In this document: piece by piece, positions 39,349 to 47,600 of the stretch
How positions within the stretch are numbered: the first letter of the stretch is position 1
Layout of the letters: every line of letters starts with the position of its first letter
NCBI GenBank assembly: GCA_028718605.1
Contig: JAQULM010000002.1
Span: 129,776 to 193,775, forward strand
DNA length: 64,000 nt
From: Patescibacteria group bacterium
GTDB taxonomy: Bacteria > Patescibacteriota > Patescibacteriia > UBA10025 > JAHIVO01
Direction: 5' to 3'
Made by a program: the position numbers and the translations under genes
Notes under the pieces: generated by a model
The model's input: the letters and a program-made list of their open reading frames with translations, nothing else
Told to the model about the DNA's origin: nothing
Database searches by the model: none

Positions 39349-39872
39349 TTGAGAACCTTCAACAAATCACGCATTGCCGGCTTCATCCAGCGAAATGCCA
39401 GGCGGCTCCAGGGAATTTCCGTAGTGCGGAACCACCGCGCCTCGCTGACATCGTCCATGGGGCGCATTGTGCCGGACGCGATTTCAGCGCGATAAATGAT
39501 GTTCAAAACGCTGACGGTATAATGGTTGCGGTATGTATCCATGTAAATGCCGAGGGGTGAAATATTCTTGAGCCGCACGCCGAGCTCTTCGCGGAGCTCT
39601 CGCTGAACCCCCTTGAGCGGATGCTCGCCATCCTCGAGAAAGCCGCCAGCCGCATCCCACCAATCGCGTTTCGGATTAATCGCCCGCTTCACGAGGAGAA
39701 TCCGCCCGCGGCGGTCGGTTATAAAAGCTGACGCAGTCGGCTTCGAATTCTGGTAAAAAATAAAACCACACTTTTTACAGGCAAGCCGCGGCAAGCCGCC
39801 GTCGCGCCGAATCCCCAGGCGCTTGCTGCATACCGGACAGTATTTATAATACCCTTTACTTGTGGTGCTCAT
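39345..39872 (-). CDS. NUDIX hydrolase with N-terminal zinc-ribbon (NudC-like)
   Basis: CPVCSKR...CKKCG zinc ribbon; Nudix box GGFLEDGEHPLKGVQRELREELGV. Confidence 0.8.
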   Translation of the reverse strand: MSTTSKGYYKYCPVCSKRLGIRRDGGLPRLACKKCGFIFYQNSKPTASAFITDRRGRILLVKRAINPKRDWWDAAGGFLEDGEHPLKGVQRELREELGVRLKNISPLGIYMDTYRNHYTVSVLNIIYRAEIASGTMRPMDDVSEARWFRTTEIPWSRLAFRWMKPAMRDLLKVLK

Positions 39873-40686
39873 ACGCGCTGACGACGTTTTTTAAAAGCAT
39901 AGCAACGGTCATGGGACCGACGCCTCCCGGCACTGGTGTGATCCGCCCGGCGACATCCTTCACAGACGCAAAATCAACGTCACCAATAGCCCTACCCTGG
40001 ACGCGGTTATACCCAACGTCGACGACCAGTGCCCCGGGCTTTACCATTTTTCCCGTTACCAGGTTCGGAGATCCGACTGCAACAATGAGAATATCCCCTG
40101 TTGGCGCTTTCCGTTGCAGCGCCTGCGCCGTCGGTTTAAATGCCGTTACGGCAACACCCCGCTGCTTGAGAAGGTACGCAAGGGGTACGCTGAATACCTT
40201 GCTATTTGCCAAAACAACGGCGTGCATGCCGGCAAGACGAACGCCTGTGCCCTCAAGGAGCTGCATTATCCCTGCCGCAAGCCCAGGCACAACGAATGGT
40301 TTCCCCGCAAGGAGCGCTGTAATATTTTCCGGCTTGAACCCGTCAACGTCTTTCTCGGGTGCAATCGTACGTATTACTGTTTGCTTCGACAAACCACGCG
40401 GCAAAGGAAACTGCACGACAATGCCATGGATATCCTGCCGCGCATTGAGCTCCTTAATACATTTGAGCACTGCTTTCTCCGGCGTCGTGGCTGGAAAAAC
40501 ATACTTCTCGAAATGCACCCCGATCTCGCGCGCAGCTTTTTCTTTTAAACTAACGTACGTCCGCGATGCCGGGTCTGTTCCGACGAGCACAATCGCCAAA
40601 CCTGGCGTGCCGGACAAACGCGCCACGTGCTGTTTCAATTGTCTACGGATTGCCGCCGCAGTGCGCCGGCCGTCGATGATGTTCAT
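39856..40686 (-). CDS. folD: Bifunctional methylenetetrahydrofolate dehydrogenase/cyclohydrolase
   Basis: IIDGRRTAAAIRRQLKQHV...; FolD family pattern and length. Confidence 0.95.
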   Translation of the reverse strand: MNIIDGRRTAAAIRRQLKQHVARLSGTPGLAIVLVGTDPASRTYVSLKEKAAREIGVHFEKYVFPATTPEKAVLKCIKELNARQDIHGIVVQFPLPRGLSKQTVIRTIAPEKDVDGFKPENITALLAGKPFVVPGLAAGIMQLLEGTGVRLAGMHAVVLANSKVFSVPLAYLLKQRGVAVTAFKPTAQALQRKAPTGDILIVAVGSPNLVTGKMVKPGALVVDVGYNRVQGRAIGDVDFASVKDVAGRITPVPGGVGPMTVAMLLKNVVSAYEHHK

Positions 40687-40696
40687 ACCGTGGAAT

Positions 40697-41977
40697 TTAT
40701 GAGAGGCCGGCGTATAACGGATGCCGCTGCGTTAATTCTGAAATTTTCTTCCGTACGCTTTCTTTCACGAGCTCTTTCTTCGGATTGTGAATCACGTCGG
40801 CGATAACGTCAGCGACAAGTTTCATGTCAACCTCGGTGAATCCGCGTGTCGTCAATGCTGGCGTCCCGAGCCTGACGCCGGACGGATCCATTGGCTTGCG
40901 GGTGTCGTAGGGTACCGTATTTTTGTTCACGGTAATGCCAACCTCATCGAGGAGCGTTTCTGCTTCGCCGCCAGACAGATTTTTATTGGACAAATCAATA
41001 AGAATCAAATGATTGTCGGTGCCGCCGGTAATCAGCCGGAAGTCGTGGGCGAGGAGCTGGTCAGCAAGCGCACGTGCGTTTTTCACGATCTGCTCTCCGT
41101 ACCGCTTGAATGCGGGGGTCGACGCTTCGTCCAAAGCTGTTGCGATTGCGGCGGTTTGATGGTTATGCGGGCCGCCCTGCAATCCGGGAAATACCGCCCG
41201 GTCTATCAATTCGGCAAGGTTCCATTTTGAATCCTCATGGTATTTTTCTTTGAGGCGGTCCTCAATGCGCGGGCACATGATGATAGCGCCGCGCGGGCCA
41301 CGCAAAGTCTTATGCGTTGTGGTAGTAACAACGTCGGCATATGGCACGGGCGACTGATGCACTTCGGCAATGATCAAGCCTGCGATGTGAGCGATATCAG
41401 TCAATAGATACGCGCCAACCTCCGCAGCAATCTGGCCAAACGCCTTAAAATCAATCGCACGCGGGTATGCGGTAGCGCCGGCGATAATAAGCTGCGGCCG
41501 CTCTTTTCGTGCGAGCTCGAGTACGACGTCATAATCGATGAGGTGCGTCTCTTTATCCACACCGTATGGCACGGAATGGTAGTACCGGCCGGAAAAACTT
41601 ACCTTCCACCCGTGCGTCAAGTGCCCGCCGTGCGTCAGGCTCATACCCATCACCTTTTCGCCCGGCTTCAATAATGCGTAGTATACTGCCTGGTTTGCCG
41701 GCGACCCGGAATACGGCTGTACATTGGCGTGCTGTACGCCAAAAAGCTTTTTCGCGCGGCTAATGGCGAGATTCTCGATAACGTCAATGAACTCATTGCC
41801 GCCGTAGTACCGCTTGCCCGGGTACCCTTCGGAATACTTATTCGTTAATACGGAACCGAGCGCGCGCAAAACCGCCGGGGACACGAAATTTTCCGACGGG
41901 ATCATTTCCAGGCCGTTCTGCTGCCGTGCGAGCTCAGCGGCAAGAGCCTCATCCAGTTTTGCATCATGGTGTTCCAT
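40697..41977 (-). CDS. glyA: Serine hydroxymethyltransferase
   Basis: LEMIPSENFVSPAVLRALGSVLTNKYSEGYPGKRYYGG; PLP-lysine region TTTTHKTLRGPRG. Start set at the ATG 6 nt downstream of TACAAT; the ORF-track start is a TTG 36 nt upstream. Confidence 0.93.
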   Translation of the reverse strand: MEHHDAKLDEALAAELARQQNGLEMIPSENFVSPAVLRALGSVLTNKYSEGYPGKRYYGGNEFIDVIENLAISRAKKLFGVQHANVQPYSGSPANQAVYYALLKPGEKVMGMSLTHGGHLTHGWKVSFSGRYYHSVPYGVDKETHLIDYDVVLELARKERPQLIIAGATAYPRAIDFKAFGQIAAEVGAYLLTDIAHIAGLIIAEVHQSPVPYADVVTTTTHKTLRGPRGAIIMCPRIEDRLKEKYHEDSKWNLAELIDRAVFPGLQGGPHNHQTAAIATALDEASTPAFKRYGEQIVKNARALADQLLAHDFRLITGGTDNHLILIDLSNKNLSGGEAETLLDEVGITVNKNTVPYDTRKPMDPSGVRLGTPALTTRGFTEVDMKLVADVIADVIHNPKKELVKESVRKKISELTQRHPLYAGLS

Positions 41978-42094
41978 ACGCCTATTGTACCAGAGGTGTG
42001 CCTGGGAAATCAAAAAGGGTTAACCCCATCTTTACACTAACCAATGATTGTGCGATGATTACGCATACACAATACCAACGTCTACAATAATCAC

Positions 42095-42571
42095 ATGGAG
42101 CACTCATTCAAAGTCGGCATCAGTTTTGGCCTGACATCTGCTACCATCACGACACTTGGGCTTATGGTCGGCCTTGAAGCTGGCACGAGCTCCCGCTTAG
42201 CCGTTATTGGCGGTGTTTTAACGATCGCCATTGCCGATGCCTTCTCCGATGCCTTAGGCATCCACGTTTCCGAAGAATCAGAAAACGTCCACACGCGCAA
42301 AGAAATTTGGACTGCAACACTCTCGACATTCTTCGCAAAAGCGATATTCGCCTCGATCTTCATCATCCCGATCCTTCTCCTCCCCCTGACCACTGCGGTA
42401 TGGATCAACGTGGCGATCGGCATGGTCGTGCTCGGCATCTTCAGCTACATGATTGCGAAAGACGAGGGCGGCAAACCGCGAAACGTGATTGGTGAACACC
42501 TCTTGATCGCGGTTGTTGTGATTACGATCACCCACTTCCTCGGCGTTTGGATATCGAACGTGTTCCGATAA
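42095..42571 (+). CDS. VIT1/CCC1-family (DUF125) membrane protein
   Basis: Five TM helices. GLTSATITTLGLMVGLEAG and AIADAFSDALG resemble VIT-family motifs. Confidence 0.5.
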   Translation: MEHSFKVGISFGLTSATITTLGLMVGLEAGTSSRLAVIGGVLTIAIADAFSDALGIHVSEESENVHTRKEIWTATLSTFFAKAIFASIFIIPILLLPLTTAVWINVAIGMVVLGIFSYMIAKDEGGKPRNVIGEHLLIAVVVITITHFLGVWISNVFR

Positions 42572-42773
42572 ACCGCTCCCTGCGCGGCAGCGCAGGAGCG
42601 TCATTTGACATTGGAAAAAATTTCGTGTAAACTGCCATGCATATGGAAACTATTTTTCCACAAGTGAAGAACTCTTACTGGCATCGCACCTGCGATTTTA
42701 TTACTCTTGCCGAAGAGGACTCTTTACGTACGGACCAATAGTGCCATAATCAACAGCCAATAGCCAGAAAAAA

Positions 42774-42807
42774 CCTCTTCGTACAAAACAGCAAGAGGTG
42801 TTTTTTT
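42774..42807 (+). terminator. Intrinsic terminator (cctctt...aagagg, T7) after the VIT-family gene
   Basis: 6-bp stem followed by TGTTTTTTT. Confidence 0.45.
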
Positions 42808-42903
42808 GCGTTGGGAAAAACAAAATCCAGAAAAACGTTTTTGAACGTCCGTTCAGCGGACGCAAGAGCGTACTATGGGAAAAACGTACTTTACCAAGGA
42901 GCA

Positions 42904-43065
42904 ATGATGGAAACCAAAAAAATCCTGTGCACAGCCGACCAACTCAGGGAGATCGCGACCGGCCTCGGCATCGCGCCGGCCGTGGCCGAGGACCTCATCC
43001 AACAGCTGCCCAAACAGGAACCGCCGAACCCATACCCGTTCGCGGGATGCGGCGCATGGTGCTAA
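42904..43065 (+). CDS. Putative RiPP precursor peptide (53 aa; leader-like N-terminus, C-terminal ...PNPYPFAGCGAWC)
   Basis: AAGGAG Shine-Dalgarno site 5 nt before the second ATG. Small ORF immediately upstream of a radical-SAM/SPASM gene. Cys-containing C-terminal tail. Confidence 0.5.
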   Translation: MMETKKILCTADQLREIATGLGIAPAVAEDLIQQLPKQEPPNPYPFAGCGAWC

Positions 43066-43102
43066 CGCATCCAAGAATTGAAATCGTAATAAAGGAGGTA
43101 AC

Positions 43103-43351
43103 ATGAACACACCTAAAGATGAATGGTCGTGTTTACCAGACCACTCACACCTGCATCTCAGCGGTACCCGCACGGCAATGCCCCAAATCGTAAGCCGGGA
43201 CGGCAGGAAACGAGTTTCCCGGTGCCCTGACTCGCCGACAGGAAAACATAAATGGCACACCCCGATGCGGCCGCCGTATGCTATCGACGATCCACCCGAT
43301 TGTTGCGAGTACTGCGGCCTGCCGCGCAATGAACAACTGAAACTGAAGTAA
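43103..43351 (+). CDS. Small Cys-rich protein (82 aa; C10, C41, C67-C68, C71), possible second precursor or partner
   Basis: AAAGGAGGT Shine-Dalgarno site. Stop overlaps the Shine-Dalgarno site of the radical-SAM gene. Ends ...DCCEYCGLPRNEQLKLK. Confidence 0.5.
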   Translation: MNTPKDEWSCLPDHSHLHLSGTRTAMPQIVSRDGRKRVSRCPDSPTGKHKWHTPMRPPYAIDDPPDCCEYCGLPRNEQLKLK

Positions 43352-43362
43352 AGGAGTATAAT

Positions 43363-44421
43363 ATGAACGAACTGAACAAACTCAGCCGACGCTACGACGA
43401 ACAAGCGCCGCGCGCAGGGCTGAAGTACGGCATTATCGAAGTGACGACGCGGTGCCAGTGCGCATGCCCGGGGTGCTATATGGTCCGGCGGGACAGCCTG
43501 AATAAAGGCGCCGTACCGCTCGCCCGCGCTGTCCGCGTGCTCGACATGTGCCGCGACTATACCGGCTGCGAACTCGAAACGATGGACCTCTTGGGCGGCG
43601 ATCCGCTGCTGTGGCCGCACTTGAAGGCGTACTGTACCATCCTGCTCAAACGCGGGATCCTTCCGTGGGTGTTCACCAACATGATCGCCATCACCCCTGA
43701 AATGGCACGGTGGCTGTTCGAACGGCAGGTCCATATTACCGGCAAACTGAACATCAATCCTGACAACGCGGAGGCGATGCCGCTGCAAGCCGAGATGATC
43801 GGGCAGCGTCTCGGCATCGCAAAAAAAATGCTGGCGGCGATCAGCATTTTCACTGATGCAGGCTACCGCCAACCGCTCTTCCGGCTGCAGAACCTGATCC
43901 GGCGGAGCAACATCAGCCTGGTTCCTGACTACTACCGCTGGTGCCTGCAACACGGCGTTGGTACCGATCTGGAGCTTATGGCGTCAGGCGAGCCGATCGA
44001 CCAGGAATATTTCCGCATCGCGCCAAACCCGGAAGAGCTGGCCGCAATGATACAGAACGTCCAGGCGGTGCGCGCGGAATGTGGCTTGCCGGAAGCCGAC
44101 GTACTCATGCCGCACGTGTTCGGCGCCTGCCCGTTCTTCGACAAAGGATTGTACTTCGCCGTCGACGGGTCGATCCGCGCGTGTTCAAATTCCAGCGTTA
44201 CACTGGCAAACCTGGACGATCCTGACCCGATCCGCAAGGCGTATGAATCGCCGCTTATCTGCAACAGGCTCAAACTGTCGCAAGCGGTTGTCGGCGAACC
44301 GTGCCGCTCCTGCGACCGCTGGGAACGCTGCCGAGGCGGCTGCCGGGCGACCGCAGAAGGCACCGGAGACCCTTTCGGCGGGTACATGCTGTGCCCCGTC
44401 CCGCACCTTCTGGCCGGATAG
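43363..44421 (+). CDS. Radical-SAM/SPASM-domain peptide-modifying enzyme (maturase-like)
   Basis: CxxxCxxC (TTRCQCACPGCYM) near the N-terminus. C-terminal Cys-rich SPASM-like region (CPFFDKG...CSNS...CNR...CRSCDRWERCRGGCRA). AAGGAG Shine-Dalgarno site 6 nt upstream. Confidence 0.85.
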   Translation: MNELNKLSRRYDEQAPRAGLKYGIIEVTTRCQCACPGCYMVRRDSLNKGAVPLARAVRVLDMCRDYTGCELETMDLLGGDPLLWPHLKAYCTILLKRGILPWVFTNMIAITPEMARWLFERQVHITGKLNINPDNAEAMPLQAEMIGQRLGIAKKMLAAISIFTDAGYRQPLFRLQNLIRRSNISLVPDYYRWCLQHGVGTDLELMASGEPIDQEYFRIAPNPEELAAMIQNVQAVRAECGLPEADVLMPHVFGACPFFDKGLYFAVDGSIRACSNSSVTLANLDDPDPIRKAYESPLICNRLKLSQAVVGEPCRSCDRWERCRGGCRATAEGTGDPFGGYMLCPVPHLLAG

Positions 44422-44585
44422 CAAAACGGGGGCTGAAGCAAATCTAATTTGTTTCAGCCCTCCCTTTAAAACACTACCGCATTTAAAAATATTTACCGTA
44501 TCTAACAACACTATGCAGAAAAAAATAATTGAAATCGCCCGGGCAACCATTCGACGATTGCAGCTCACGTACCCGCGGTTCATTA

Positions 44586-44981
44586 ATGTCATCCTCGATG
44601 ACTGGCGCGGGTACCGGCTTCATTTACGATACCGATGACGTACGGAATTGTCGGAATCGCTGCGAACAGTGCCAGCTGTACCAATTACTAAATAACGAGC
44701 AAGGCGGTACATTCACCGCCCGGTTGAAAAAAGCTTCCGAAGCTGATAAACGCCTCTTCGGGCCCCAGAACTTCCTCAACTGCAAGACGATCGCACAGTA
44801 CCAGCGCTGCTACAGCAGCTTCATCTGCACGCAAATCAAAACGAAAAAGGAGCTCCAGCGCGAACTCACACTGCTCCGGGGCATGAAAATAGTTTTTACT
44901 CGCGGTAACAATAACCGCGCCCTCGAACGCCAATTTAAACGCGCAGTACTCGCCTCGTTCTCGGGCGGGTTTAAAAATTAA
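44586..44981 (+). CDS. Cys-rich hypothetical protein; possibly a frameshifted fusion with the 41-aa ORF 44513..44638 in another frame
   Basis: Frame-0 ORF with CRNRCEQCQ and CYSSFIC motifs. An overlapping frame-2 ORF (MQKKIIEIARATIRRLQLTYPRFINVILDDWRGYR...) ends inside it. Confidence 0.3.
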   Translation: MSSSMTGAGTGFIYDTDDVRNCRNRCEQCQLYQLLNNEQGGTFTARLKKASEADKRLFGPQNFLNCKTIAQYQRCYSSFICTQIKTKKELQRELTLLRGMKIVFTRGNNNRALERQFKRAVLASFSGGFKN

Positions 44982-45272
44982 AGTCCGACGCATATAGAAA
45001 ATGTATCCTTCTCGTAACCACCCATTACAAAGAAATGTTACAAAAACAGAGCGAGGAAGAACGGTCCCGCCTAGAGCGGGGCCGCGCCGTATTGTTTGAG
45101 CGTACGAGCGGGAGCGAGAAGCGAGTTACGGACGCGGAGTGATGACGAGCCTGTTGGCGCCTGCCCCGTAAATGCGAAGTGGCAACGGTGCATTGTACGG
45201 GGTTAATTTCTTTGTACGGGCGGAATCTCTTTTCTGCTGCTTTTCTGGATTCGCAGAAAAGCAGCGAAAAAA

Positions 45273-46820
45273 TCATAACTCCTTTTCCATATACGTCCTT
45301 TTCAGCCGGTACCCGAGCTTCCGGTAGTACTCACGCACACCAATGCCGGCGATAACGGCAATTTTTTGATATCCTGCATTCCGCCCGATGCGTTCTGCTT
45401 CTGCCATCAAACGCTTCCCCAAACCGACGTGCTGCACCGCTTTTTTCTTTGAGCCGACTGAAACCAGCTCGCCATACGTGTGCAGCTCGCGAACAAGCGC
45501 TGTTCCTGCATCGAACGGGCCTTCTCCGAAACCGCGTATCGCAGGAAGTCGCAGCCGGACAAATGCATAGAGCCTTTTTCTGTCAGGGCTCTCAAAACTG
45601 ATTAAGTGCTCAGTCCCTGCGGCTGCTGAATATTTACGGTGTACCAATCGAATGTCTTTGAGCTGGAATTTGGCTCCCCGCACTTCACGGCAACGAATGC
45701 ACATGCACGTGACTCCCTGCTCGCGGAGAAGCTGGCGTAAGTTCGTGACCCGATTGCCGGCAACAATATCATGGCCCGGAATATCGCGGATCAGGCGGTT
45801 GATGCGGACGTACGGAGGCACCAGTGCCTTGATTCGAATGAGCAGCTTTTCTAACACCGCATTCGAGTATGGTTTGTACTTCCCCTGTTGATACCAACGG
45901 TACAGAAGAGAATTTTTTATTACTACGCATGGGTAGATTTTCAGCATGTCCGGCTGGAAGCGCGGATCGGAAAAAAGTTTTTTAAAAACAGCCAGGTCTT
46001 TCGCCGGCGTCGAGCCAGGAAGCCCCGGCATGATATGGTAGGTAATTTTAAATCCGAACTCCCGCAACAGCGCGGTTGCACGTGCTATGTTCTCGAGCGT
46101 GTCATCCCGATGAATATAATCGAGAATATCCTGGTGCAGCGTCTGCACACCGATCTGGACATGGGTACACCCCAATAATCGCATGTGCCGCAATTCATCA
46201 GGCGTAACATGGTCAGGCCGCGTTTCCAGTGACAATCCAATAATGCGATGGGGAGCGCGTTCGTTTTTTTTCTGCGCCAATGCCAACGTTGCCGAGGTTG
46301 AACCATTGGCGCCGTCAAAACAACGCTTCACAAACCACTCGCGGTACCGTTTCGGGTAATGCGACCACGTGCCCCCGAGGACGATGAGCTCAATTTTTCC
46401 GGCACTATGGCCATTCCCCTCGAGGACGCGGATGCGCGTGCTAACCTGCCGGTACGGGTCGAATTTGAGGAGGTGCGCCCGCTGGGCAGCTGGCTCGGAC
46501 TTCAGGTAACTCTTTGGCATGCCGGCAGGCGCTGGGCAGTATACACACCTCCCGGGACACGGATATGGCTTGGTGAGCACCGTTACCGGCGCAACCCCGG
46601 ACTGCGTCCGAATGCTTCGCTTGCGCAGGAGCTCGACGAACCGTTGGTCCTCCTTTCCTTTGTAAACCTGCCGATAGTTCTGCAACAGCTCTGAATTGGG
46701 TATAATGGTAGTATGGTACCGATCAGCGAGCGCACCCTTGGCGCGGCGTAGCGCAGGCCGATTCTGCACCCGCAAACGGACGAGGTCGGTGATATAGTCT
46801 TTTTGAATGGATTTCTTCAT
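45273..46820 (-). CDS. Elp3-family radical-SAM/GNAT protein (tRNA wobble-uridine modification-type)
   Basis: Radical-SAM CPGRCVYCP. C-terminal GNAT-like segment (HVGLGKRLMAEAERIGRNAGYQKIAVIAGIGVREYYRKLGY). Central Elp3 signature region. Confidence 0.75.
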   Translation of the reverse strand: MKKSIQKDYITDLVRLRVQNRPALRRAKGALADRYHTTIIPNSELLQNYRQVYKGKEDQRFVELLRKRSIRTQSGVAPVTVLTKPYPCPGRCVYCPAPAGMPKSYLKSEPAAQRAHLLKFDPYRQVSTRIRVLEGNGHSAGKIELIVLGGTWSHYPKRYREWFVKRCFDGANGSTSATLALAQKKNERAPHRIIGLSLETRPDHVTPDELRHMRLLGCTHVQIGVQTLHQDILDYIHRDDTLENIARATALLREFGFKITYHIMPGLPGSTPAKDLAVFKKLFSDPRFQPDMLKIYPCVVIKNSLLYRWYQQGKYKPYSNAVLEKLLIRIKALVPPYVRINRLIRDIPGHDIVAGNRVTNLRQLLREQGVTCMCIRCREVRGAKFQLKDIRLVHRKYSAAAGTEHLISFESPDRKRLYAFVRLRLPAIRGFGEGPFDAGTALVRELHTYGELVSVGSKKKAVQHVGLGKRLMAEAERIGRNAGYQKIAVIAGIGVREYYRKLGYRLKRTYMEKEL

Positions 46821-46822
46821 AT

Positions 46823-47542
46823 ATGAAAAACGAGGTTGCACAGCACATTGTAGAGGAAAATCGCAGAATCTACAATGTGATCGCGGAACAATTTTCGTCG
46901 ACACGGTCGTCCCCGTGGCCGGAGTTCTCGTTGTTTGAAGCCTATGTACGCAGTACTGATGCGCTGCTCGACATTGGCTGCGGCAACGGCCGTATTGCGC
47001 AGTATTTCAAACCAAAAGGCGTACGGTACACTGGTTTGGACAATAGCAGTGCGCTCGTTGAACGCGCGCGGACAGCGAACCTGCACGGTACGTTTGTTGT
47101 TGGCGAAGCAACGCGGCTGCCGTTCAAGTCAGAATCATTTGACGTCATCCTGTGCGTTGCGACGCTCCACCACATCCCCTCAAACGAATTACGGCAACAG
47201 GCTGTGAACGAAGCATTCCGCACGGCAAAGCACGGCGCGTACTTCCTCCTGACCGAATGGAACCTCTGGAGCATGCGGTGGTGGCAAACCCTGCTGGCGT
47301 TCTCATGGAAAAAGGCTTGCCGCAGAAGCTCCCTCGATTGGGGTGATGTCCGGAAACCCTGGAAAAATTCGCACGGCATTGTCATGGGCGAACGGTATCT
47401 CCATTTGTTCACGCTCCGAGGGCTCACCTGCCTGCTCCGGAATGCAGGCTTTCAAGTAATCGAGCACCGTTTTACAAGCCGCACAGGCACGGCAACCCGC
47501 CTCACTGCACGAAATATCTTCACGGTTGCCCAAAAGCCTTGA
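46823..47542 (+). CDS. Class I SAM-dependent methyltransferase
   Basis: Motif I LDIGCGNGRIAQYF; acidic loop LDNS. Start ATG is 2 nt from the divergent Elp3 start codon. Confidence 0.75.
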   Translation: MKNEVAQHIVEENRRIYNVIAEQFSSTRSSPWPEFSLFEAYVRSTDALLDIGCGNGRIAQYFKPKGVRYTGLDNSSALVERARTANLHGTFVVGEATRLPFKSESFDVILCVATLHHIPSNELRQQAVNEAFRTAKHGAYFLLTEWNLWSMRWWQTLLAFSWKKACRRSSLDWGDVRKPWKNSHGIVMGERYLHLFTLRGLTCLLRNAGFQVIEHRFTSRTGTATRLTARNIFTVAQKP

Positions 47543-47600
47543 TTTTCCGGCAAAAAAATGGTACGGTAATAGCACGATAAAACGTATTGCACGCTCTCCT

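Noticed and set aside
42853-43953. 366-aa minus-strand ORF spanning the RiPP-like module
   Set aside because: It is antisense to three plus-strand genes that each have strong Shine-Dalgarno sites and recognisable motifs. It has no start context and low-complexity Arg/Ala-rich translation.
45229-45258. 11-bp-stem hairpin (gctgcttttctg…cagaaaagcagc) below the Elp3 gene, considered as its terminator
   Set aside because: The T-tract lies on the wrong side of the stem for either strand, so it is not a canonical intrinsic terminator. It is kept only as a structural note.
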